A stretch of 19,201 bases of DNA from positions 1 to 19,201 of the forward strand of contig CAZCAP010000014.1 in the NCBI GenBank assembly GCA_964496765.1, written 5' to 3'. The position numbers and the translations under genes are program-made. Below the pieces are notes generated by a model. The model saw only the letters and a list, made by a program, of their open reading frames with translations. It ran no database searches and had not been told where the DNA came from. Of this stretch, positions 1-7,061 are shown piece by piece. Origin of the DNA: an uncultured archaeon. Its GTDB lineage: Archaea > Iainarchaeota > Iainarchaeia > Iainarchaeales > CSSED10-239. Position 1 is the stretch's first letter, and each line of letters starts with the position of its first letter.

Positions 1-54
1 CCACGATCTCAAGCTTAGGAGGCTTGCATACTATCCAGGCTGTACTACCGGTCT
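1..54 (-). tRNA. tRNA-Arg(CCU), partial (3' half lies off the left edge)
   Basis: Reverse complement reads AGACCGG-TA-GTAC-AGCCTGGATA-GTAT-G-CAAGC-CTCCTAA-GCTTG-AG...: 4-bp D-stem GUAC/GUAU, 5-bp anticodon stem CAAGC/GCUUG and 7-nt loop CUCCUAA giving anticodon CCU. Confidence 0.85.
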
Positions 55-418
55 AAAACATTTCTCTTATTGATTTTAAATCTACAACTATTACTCCTTT
101 ACATGGTTCTTTCTTGTTTTCTTTTAATTTCTTCACAAATTCATAGTACTTACCAGCGGTATAATATTTTGCTATCCCACTAAAATATAGCCCTTTCCAT
201 TTCTTATTGTAGAGAGCAAAAGAAACATTCTTATTATTTTTTATGTTCTTTATGGTCTTAACCATGTAATTGTTTGTGATTATTAGCTTATTGTCCATTA
301 CCTTCACATAGGCAATAAGTATAACATGAGGATTTGATTTTTCATCCATGGTTGCAAAAGAAATTGGATTTTCTTCTATCATTAGGACTTGTTCTTTTAA
401 TAACTTAACTTTACTCAT
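53..418 (-). CDS. Pyridoxamine 5'-phosphate oxidase-like (PPOX/FMN-binding split barrel) family protein
   Basis: Protein begins LLKEQVLMIEENPISFATMDEKSNPHVILIAYVKVMDNKLIITNNYMVKTIKNIKNNKNVSFALYN, the typical PPOX N-terminal pattern. Confidence 0.8.
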   Translation of the reverse strand: MSKVKLLKEQVLMIEENPISFATMDEKSNPHVILIAYVKVMDNKLIITNNYMVKTIKNIKNNKNVSFALYNKKWKGLYFSGIAKYYTAGKYYEFVKKLKENKKEPCKGVIVVDLKSIREMF

Positions 419-542
419 AATTCATCCTCTTTTCTGGATTTTAAAGAAAGACAATGTTTTTAAATATTATAGCTATTACTAATATATAGCTTATATATAA
501 TATTAGTGTATACAAATATTTAATAAATGTCTTTTGATGATT

Positions 543-1112
543 ATGAAGGGTATTAAAAAAATCTTATTTATTTTAGGACCAGCAGGTTCTGGCAAGAGCA
601 CACAGGCTGAACTTATAGCTGAAAAACTAGGGTACAAACATATTGTTGAAAGTGATCTTCTTAAAAAAGAGGTTGCAAAGAAAACAAAGCTTGGTAAAGA
701 ACTTGATAAGCAAATGAGAAAAGGAATACTTGTTCCATTTGAAATTACCTGTGATATTTTATTTAATGAAATTAATAAAAGCAAAGCAAACAAAATAATC
801 GTTGATGGATTCCCAAGAGAGCTTGATCAGGCAATCACATTAGATTATTATATTTATAAACAAAAGTATATTATTCAAGCTTTGATCTATGTTGATACAT
901 CAAAGGAAGAATGTATTAAAAGATTATTGAAAAGAAAAAGAGAAGACGATACAAGAGAAGCAATTAAAAAAAGACTTGACATATACTTTAATCAAACAAT
1001 GCATGTTATTAAAAGATTTGAAAAGAAGAGCCTATTAATTAAAGTTAATGGTAACAAAACAATCAATGAAGTAAATAAAGAACTTCAAACAAAACTAAAA
1101 AAATACAAATAA
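543..1112 (+). CDS. adk: Adenylate kinase / NMP kinase family protein
   Basis: P-loop GPAGSGKSTQAELIAEKLG, IIVDGFPRELDQA (DGFPR motif) and a C-terminal lid/core pattern with DTREAIKKRLDIY. The track starts at TTG 534. In-frame ATGs are at 537 and 543, and 543 (MKGIKKILFILGPAG) looks most natural. Confidence 0.88.
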   Translation: MKGIKKILFILGPAGSGKSTQAELIAEKLGYKHIVESDLLKKEVAKKTKLGKELDKQMRKGILVPFEITCDILFNEINKSKANKIIVDGFPRELDQAITLDYYIYKQKYIIQALIYVDTSKEECIKRLLKRKREDDTREAIKKRLDIYFNQTMHVIKRFEKKSLLIKVNGNKTINEVNKELQTKLKKYK

Positions 1113-1124
1113 GAGTGCTATCCT

Positions 1125-2732
1125 ATGATTGCAGATGATAGAGTTGTTGAAAATATTAAAAAACTACAGGAACTAGGAATGTCTCATGATGAGATTATTG
1201 AAAACCTAGTTAGAATGGGCTTATCCAATACTGAAAGTGAAGAACTTATTAAAAAAGCAGAAGAAGACATAAATAAAGAAACACAAACAAAGAACCAAGC
1301 AAAAAAAGAAAATAAAGAAACAACTAAAAAAGAAAAAACCCCAACAACCAAAGAAATACCAGATAACTTTTTTGAAAATGATGAAATACCAGCTTCTGTT
1401 GTGGAAGTTCCTGAAACAGACTTGTTTTCAGAAGAACTAAACAATATTTCTAAAGGGCTTGAAATGAATACTCTTGAAGACGTGTCCAAGGGAGAACCAA
1501 ACTCAGGAACCATAGACACCAACAGCATGGATGTAAGTTCATTGAATCAAGATTACATTCCAGAAACTAGTTTTAAAGATCCAAAATCAGAAAACATAGA
1601 CATTTGGCAAAAGGGAATAATCACAACCATTAACATGAAATTAACTGAGCTGGAAAACAAACAAAAAACAGCTGAAGAATTTTTAAAAACAAAAATGGAT
1701 GAAAATACAATTAAACTTCAAAAAACAATAACAGATGAATTAAGTAAGCTAAGCAGTGTTCAGGTTTCATCAAGACAATTGCTTTTAGCAAAAATAACAA
1801 ATGATGTTAAAACAGAAACCGATAGATCAAATGCAAAGGTTCTAGTTGAATTAACTAAGTTTAAGATTCTTGAAGCAAAAATGGGAAATGAACTTGCAAA
1901 GCTAGAATCAGAAAAGAACACAATAAGCGCACTATCAAGCAATCTCGAGGAAAGAAATAAAGAAATAAAAGAAGTGTCTGAATTAACTTCAAAGCAAAAT
2001 GAATTATTAACTCAAAAAACACAAGAAAGCATAAACAAAATCATAACCACACTTACAACCAAGCTTAATGCAAAAATAAAAGAAATAAATAATACTCTCG
2101 CACTACAATCTAGAATTACTGAGGGACTAGTAAAGAATACACAAAACTCAATAGATGGAGAAATTAAAAGATTAATTGAATTTGAAGAAGGAATTAAAAA
2201 ACAAATTAATCCTAAACAGATTTATGATAAATTAGCAGAACTGGATATATTTAAAACACAATTAGCAAGCAGATATGATGAGAGATTTGAAAAAGTTAAG
2301 ATTGAATTCCTTGCTAAAGCAAGAGAAGCAATGAAGAATGAAGTATCCGATGAGCTTAGGGAACTAAAGCACGTAAGAGATACAATTGCTCAAAAAACAG
2401 ACCCAGAAATTATTAACAAAAAGCTTGAAGAATTAAGAATATTTGAAGAACATCTTCTTGTTTCTGTTGATGAAAAGATAAATCAATCATTAAAGATTTA
2501 TGAATCATCATTAACCTCTGAGTTTAAAGAAAAACTAAAGGATATTGAAAGACTTGAAAAGGGTATAGAAAAAGATCTTGATTCAGTAAACATAATCAAA
2601 GACAAGATTGAAGAATTAAATAAGTTCAAAGAACAATTCATTGCTGTCATTGATAAGAACATAGAAGTAATGAATGCAAACATGAATTCATTAAATGAAA
2701 AAATAAAACAAATAAATTTCTATTCTAAATAA
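1125..2732 (+). CDS. Long coiled-coil protein of unknown function
   Basis: 535-aa ORF with ATG start, 12 nt after the adenylate kinase stop. Short helical N-terminal segment (ENIKKLQELGMSHDEIIENLVRMGLSNTESEELIKKAEEDI), acidic/Ser-rich linker, then long heptad-like Lys/Glu/Leu/Ile stretches. No TM segment seen. Confidence 0.75.
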   Translation: MIADDRVVENIKKLQELGMSHDEIIENLVRMGLSNTESEELIKKAEEDINKETQTKNQAKKENKETTKKEKTPTTKEIPDNFFENDEIPASVVEVPETDLFSEELNNISKGLEMNTLEDVSKGEPNSGTIDTNSMDVSSLNQDYIPETSFKDPKSENIDIWQKGIITTINMKLTELENKQKTAEEFLKTKMDENTIKLQKTITDELSKLSSVQVSSRQLLLAKITNDVKTETDRSNAKVLVELTKFKILEAKMGNELAKLESEKNTISALSSNLEERNKEIKEVSELTSKQNELLTQKTQESINKIITTLTTKLNAKIKEINNTLALQSRITEGLVKNTQNSIDGEIKRLIEFEEGIKKQINPKQIYDKLAELDIFKTQLASRYDERFEKVKIEFLAKAREAMKNEVSDELRELKHVRDTIAQKTDPEIINKKLEELRIFEEHLLVSVDEKINQSLKIYESSLTSEFKEKLKDIERLEKGIEKDLDSVNIIKDKIEELNKFKEQFIAVIDKNIEVMNANMNSLNEKIKQINFYSK

Positions 2733-2741
2733 AATATAAAA

Positions 2742-2764
2742 AGGGAATAAATAAATTATTCCCT
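2742..2764. terminator. Putative bidirectional hairpin terminator between convergent genes
   Basis: Perfect 9-bp inverted repeat AGGGAATAA-(ATAAA)-TTATTCCCT in the 39-bp gap between convergent ORFs ending at 2732 and 2772, followed by TAAAAAC on the plus strand and preceded by AAAA (U-rich on the minus strand). Confidence 0.6.
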
Positions 2765-2771
2765 AAAAACA

Positions 2772-4646
2772 TTATTTACTCTTTCTTCTTTGGCCTTTAT
2801 GATAATAGTCATTCATGTTAAATGCACCTAGTGCAAATAATAGAACTATTAAAACAATTAAACCAACGAAACCTAAAAAAAGTGATCTCTTAAGAGTAAA
2901 GAAACCAGTCATTCCACTTGGAGCAATTTCGTCAGGGGTTTCGGAAAGATTTTCATCACCAACTATTTTTATTTTAAGCGGGGTTGATAGAACACCACCC
3001 TTTTCAGAATAGATTACAAGGGATGCATTAATCTCCTGTGGCCCAATCTCACCTGTAATGATTGTTCCTGAGATTGTGGTTGATTGCTTTGATGGAACTA
3101 GAACATTGTTTGGAAGAGTTGCTCTTATTTCCTGAGGAACACCAACCAATTGTATGCTTGATAGCTTTATGTCTTCATCACTCCAATTATAAACCTCAAA
3201 TGAGAAGTTCTTTTGAGAGTTTGAGTCAACAGTAATTTCCTTTGGATAGGATAGAAAATTTAACTTTACTGAATCAGTACCTCTAAATGCAATTACATCA
3301 ATAACCATTGTTTTTTGATAGTTACTTGTTTCTCCAATTGCTTCAATAACAATTTGACTTGTCATTTCCTTTGTGTTTGATCCAGCACCAACTGATAGGG
3401 TTAGTGGTCTTGTGGAGTGTGCAAGCACATCAATTCTATCTGTTTGATTGTGTATTCTTAAATCATTTGATAAAGTATAATTAAATCTAAAGGATTCATC
3501 AATATCCCCTTTGTTTTCAAGAATTATTAATAAATCCGTTGATTTACCAATATTTACTGCTAATGAATTTTGTTCAGTTCTAACATCTAGGTTAAATACT
3601 GGATCCACAAGGAAATGAAGATTCTTTGTGATTACTGATTTTTCATCAAAAAATTGTAAATTAAGTGGATAGGATCCTGAATCAGTTTCTTTTGTAGCAT
3701 ATGCTGTTAATGTTATTTTTTGTGATTGACCAGGATTTAATCTTAATTGTCTAGTTGATAAAGTATAAGTAATATCTGAATTATTATCATAGGAAACAAA
3801 AAAGTCCTTTGCTTTTGAAGAAATGTTTTTAATTGTATAATCTATAGATAATAGATTTTCTTTCTTTAAAACAAAGTTAGATGTGTTTGGTCCTGTTACT
3901 TGGAAATCATTGCTTACTATTTCACAGTTCTTTGTATAAAAGTTAATTTGTTTATTTACTATAATATTATCATTTTCTATTCTTAAAACTGCATTGATTG
4001 ATGAACTTGTTGCAACTCTATCATCAATTTCAACATTAAAGTGTATTTCCTTTTCATTTCTTGATAAATATATTGGATTATCAAATGAAGGACTTGCTGA
4101 TAATCTATTTCCTGTTAAAGTAATTTCGTACAAACCAGAAACAAAATTATTATTTATTGTAAAATAAACTTGATTTTCTTGATTTATACAAAGCCCAGAA
4201 TTATCTATATCAACTTCGAACTTACCATCATCTATTCCATCATCTGAATAGATATTAACGTTATAGCTTCTAGTGTCATCTGTTTTTGTATCAAGAACAT
4301 ATAAAGTTAATGTGGAATGACCATCATCTGTTGGGGTTACCATAAATGAGCTTGTTTCACTTGTTGTTTGGTTTAATGTAAATGATTTTGAATAATTACA
4401 AGATAACTCATCATCATCACAATCAGTGTAAACTCTTAGATATGCAGTCTCTGGATTATTATTTTCTAAAGTAAATCCAACCCTGATGGGTGCATAATCT
4501 GTGGTTGAATAGATTTGCTTATCAAAGTTTATATTAACATTATCAATAACCCCTGCAAAAGCAACCCCTGAAATAATAAACAGGAATAATAGAGTTAAAC
4601 TAAATACAATTAATAATTTTTTTCTTATGTCTGTCATATATATCAC
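2772..4646 (-). CDS. Secreted, C-terminally membrane-anchored surface protein with repeated beta-sandwich-like regions
   Basis: N-terminal signal/TM segment (KKLLIVFSLTLLFLFIISGVAFA), repeated Thr/Asn-rich segments of NEW3/CARDB-like character (NNPETAYL..., NKGDIDESFRFNYTL...), then a C-terminal TM (SLFLGFVGLIVLIVLLFALGAF) and a basic tail (HKGQRRKSK). True start may be the internal MTDIRKK. Confidence 0.75.
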   Translation of the reverse strand: MIYMTDIRKKLLIVFSLTLLFLFIISGVAFAGVIDNVNINFDKQIYSTTDYAPIRVGFTLENNNPETAYLRVYTDCDDDELSCNYSKSFTLNQTTSETSSFMVTPTDDGHSTLTLYVLDTKTDDTRSYNVNIYSDDGIDDGKFEVDIDNSGLCINQENQVYFTINNNFVSGLYEITLTGNRLSASPSFDNPIYLSRNEKEIHFNVEIDDRVATSSSINAVLRIENDNIIVNKQINFYTKNCEIVSNDFQVTGPNTSNFVLKKENLLSIDYTIKNISSKAKDFFVSYDNNSDITYTLSTRQLRLNPGQSQKITLTAYATKETDSGSYPLNLQFFDEKSVITKNLHFLVDPVFNLDVRTEQNSLAVNIGKSTDLLIILENKGDIDESFRFNYTLSNDLRIHNQTDRIDVLAHSTRPLTLSVGAGSNTKEMTSQIVIEAIGETSNYQKTMVIDVIAFRGTDSVKLNFLSYPKEITVDSNSQKNFSFEVYNWSDEDIKLSSIQLVGVPQEIRATLPNNVLVPSKQSTTISGTIITGEIGPQEINASLVIYSEKGGVLSTPLKIKIVGDENLSETPDEIAPSGMTGFFTLKRSLFLGFVGLIVLIVLLFALGAFNMNDYYHKGQRRKSK

Positions 4647-4665
4647 ATTTAAGTTAATATTTATT

Positions 4666-5583
4666 TTACATTCTCCTTCTTAGATTATGAAGATGAATTA
4701 ATCTTATGTATCTTGATGCAAAAGTTATTGCAAGTAAGATAATAATAATTATTAGAATTATTTGAAAAGTTAATGAATTAATTATGTTTTTCATGTTCAC
4801 ATTAAAATTTGTAAAAGTGAAAAATCCTGATAGACCATTTGTTTCACTGTCATCATTTATAACAGGCTTACTAGGGAAATCTACCTTCTTTGTTTGAAAT
4901 ATACTATTACAAACATAGGATATTTCTAGGCTTGATTTATTTGTGTCTATGTAATAATTAACGTGCTTTGTTTCATTAGAAAATAAACCCACATTAATTT
5001 CATTAAATTGATCAGAATTAAGATCTTCAAATTTATTAAGATTAATTGTTTGATAGGTATTTGCATTATTTGTTAAGCTTAAATTAAGATGATACCTATT
5101 TGAATCAACAAGATAATCTATAGTATAATTAACTTCAACCTCACAGATCTTATTTGTTAGTTGAACAATATTTATTGAATAGAAATGAATAATTTGATTT
5201 TCAGATATTTCAAGAGTTGATGTATATTCTTGATTGGTTGTGTTTTCAATTGGATAGATTGTTAACTTAACTTGCTTTTCTTCTCCAATATCTAATCTTA
5301 TTGCTTGAGGATCAATTCTTGAGGTGAATGGAGAAGTATATAATTTAAAGTTATATAAGTTACTTGCGTTACTTGTGTTTTTAATTGAAAAGAAAACATC
5401 CACTGGTTCGTTGTATAATGTTATTCTATTAGGAATGTTTGTTTCGAACTCAAGAGCATGTGCCTTAGCAGAATATAGGAATAATGATAAAAAGATTGCA
5501 GCTATAAATAGAAATACTATTCTCTTATAATTAAATCTCTTTTGAGACTGCATTTGATATTGAGTAATTTTATTTTGAATCAT
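4666..5583 (-). CDS. Secreted/membrane-anchored surface protein, possible architectural relative of the adjacent larger protein
   Basis: Signal/TM segment (RIVFLFIAAIFLSLFLYSAKAHA), Ig-like segment (PVDVFFSIKNTSNASNLYNFKLYTSP...), C-terminal TM (TFQIILIIIIILLAITFA) and basic tail (LHNLRRRM). 19 nt upstream of the 4646 ORF on the same strand. Confidence 0.7.
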   Translation of the reverse strand: MIQNKITQYQMQSQKRFNYKRIVFLFIAAIFLSLFLYSAKAHALEFETNIPNRITLYNEPVDVFFSIKNTSNASNLYNFKLYTSPFTSRIDPQAIRLDIGEEKQVKLTIYPIENTTNQEYTSTLEISENQIIHFYSINIVQLTNKICEVEVNYTIDYLVDSNRYHLNLSLTNNANTYQTINLNKFEDLNSDQFNEINVGLFSNETKHVNYYIDTNKSSLEISYVCNSIFQTKKVDFPSKPVINDDSETNGLSGFFTFTNFNVNMKNIINSLTFQIILIIIIILLAITFASRYIRLIHLHNLRRRM

Positions 5584-5765
5584 CTTTCCTTAACTCCTTT
5601 AAATCGCTTTGTTTTAATTAAGAGTAAGATAACCTATTATTTACATAATTTACAAGAACCTTAAAATAAAAACTAATGAATTAACTGGTTAACTTGTCTA
5701 GGTTACTTATGATAATTAGGGAGAAAAAGGTTTTTAAAGGTAGTGATTTAGGTAAAATAAGCTTA

Positions 5766-6212
5766 TTATCTCTTAATTTTAAAATTTTCTTCAAATCCAG
5801 TTAATGGATAGGATCTAAAGACCACTTGATAAGCATCACTTGGAGAAAAGAACTTCAAATCCTTACTTGATCCAAAGTTTGCTCTTTTAACCACATACCC
5901 TTTATCTAAAATATATTTTTGTAGTAGTTCAATAACATTAAATGAGATATCATGACCAGCAACTTTGTTTGTTAAATGAGCAAAAGGGATAATAACAACT
6001 GTTTTTGTATTAAATCTTTTACAAAGAAAACGTAAATCTAATTCAATTTCAGAAAAATAATCAATATCTTTTTTAGACTCAACAGTAATCCATACCATAA
6101 TAGATTCTTTTACATCAATATCCTCAAGAGCAACATCTTTTATTTTAACCTTTGGAGAATGAATAATATTTCCAATATAAAGTTCTTTGCAAAACCAAAA
6201 TAATGTTTTCAT
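5766..6212 (-). CDS. Stand-alone archaeal threonyl-tRNA synthetase editing-domain-like protein (tRNA-Thr_ED family)
   Basis: Motifs match the archaeal ThrRS N-terminal editing domain: VVIIPFAHLTNK...FNVIELLQKYILDKGYVVKRANFGSSKDLKF...SYPL, comparable to canonical YPFAHLS...L..G..V.RAPFGWYKAF...KGHPL. No catalytic aaRS domain in the 148 aa. Confidence 0.75.
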   Translation of the reverse strand: MKTLFWFCKELYIGNIIHSPKVKIKDVALEDIDVKESIMVWITVESKKDIDYFSEIELDLRFLCKRFNTKTVVIIPFAHLTNKVAGHDISFNVIELLQKYILDKGYVVKRANFGSSKDLKFFSPSDAYQVVFRSYPLTGFEENFKIKR

Positions 6213-6226
6213 GTTAAATCAGATTA

Positions 6227-7039
6227 TTATTTTTTAGGAATAGAAACAACAAACTTGCTTCCTTCTCCTTCTTTTGAATCAATCTCTATTGTTCCATTAT
6301 GATAATCAACACATCTTCTAACAGATAACACTCCAAGACCATGAAGTCTTGCTTGATTTTTTGAAGAAGTTGTTCTTATTCCATCTCTTAATTTTTGAAG
6401 TTGTTCTTTGGTCATACCTGCTCCATTATCAGAAACGGATAGAACAAGATTATCTCCCTTTATAGAGAGATTAACATTTATTTTTCCAAATTTATCAAGT
6501 TCTCCAAATTTTTTATCTATTGAGCTATATGCATTACTAATTAAGTTTTCAAGAGTTCTATAAAAATATACAACATCTATATTTGCAACTTTTTTTGAAT
6601 GATTCAATAAATTAGATTTAAACACAACCAATTTATCTGCTTCTGCAGCAATTTTCATAAACTTATGTAATCTTGAAAGATATATATTTTGTTTTTTGAA
6701 AAAAATATTTTGTTTAAACCTAGAAAGCATTTCTTCAACAATAAACTTTGTTATACTTTGTACTCTATAATTTTTAATTAAATGATTTTGGAATCGCTTT
6801 GATAGCTTATAATATTCAGATAGATCAAGATTATCACTAAATTGATATCTCTGATACAGTATTTTTCTTATATCGTGATTTAGGTATTCATCATAATTAG
6901 GAGACGTATCCATGACCGTAGCTATTTTATTCTTAAGCGTTTTTGTTTGCGATTCAACTTGTTTTTGTTTTTTCTTACTTAATGTCTTGTTTAATGGTTC
7001 TTTAATCTTTTCAGGGACATTATAGAATCTTTTTGGCAT
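6227..7039 (-). CDS. GHKL-type ATPase (histidine kinase-like ATPase domain), no canonical H-box recognised
   Basis: N-box FYRTLENLISNAYSSI, G1 box SVSDNGAGMT, G2 box RLHGLGVLSVRRCVDYHNGTIEIDSKEGEGSKFVVSIP. No SHE(L/I)R-like phosphoacceptor motif, receiver domain or TM segments. Confidence 0.82.
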   Translation of the reverse strand: MPKRFYNVPEKIKEPLNKTLSKKKQKQVESQTKTLKNKIATVMDTSPNYDEYLNHDIRKILYQRYQFSDNLDLSEYYKLSKRFQNHLIKNYRVQSITKFIVEEMLSRFKQNIFFKKQNIYLSRLHKFMKIAAEADKLVVFKSNLLNHSKKVANIDVVYFYRTLENLISNAYSSIDKKFGELDKFGKINVNLSIKGDNLVLSVSDNGAGMTKEQLQKLRDGIRTTSSKNQARLHGLGVLSVRRCVDYHNGTIEIDSKEGEGSKFVVSIPKK

Positions 7040-7061
7040 ATATCATCCTTCATATACTATT

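Noticed and set aside
418-542. AT-rich dyads (ATAGCTATTAC...ATATAGCTTATATATAA) as a regulatory palindrome
   Set aside because: Low-complexity AT-rich divergent promoter region; such short dyads are expected by chance.
503-793. ORF on minus strand opposite adenylate kinase
   Set aside because: Hydrophobic/Ser-rich antisense shadow of a well-supported CDS.
1184-1942. Minus-strand ORFs 1184..1528 and 1760..1942 inside the coiled-coil gene
   Set aside because: Antisense to a long ORF. Ser/Phe-rich composition is the mirror of Lys/Glu-rich coding.
2498-3012. ORFs 2498..2683 (-) and 2815..3012 (+)
   Set aside because: Antisense shadows of the coiled-coil and surface-protein genes.
5324-5530. Plus-strand 68-aa ORF
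   Set aside because: Opposite the signal-peptide region of a supported CDS, no recognisable motif.
5584-5765. Possible ncRNA in the intergenic gap
   Set aside because: No stable structure or GC-rich island recognised; likely 5' promoter/leader of the surface-protein genes and 3' end of the editing-domain cluster.
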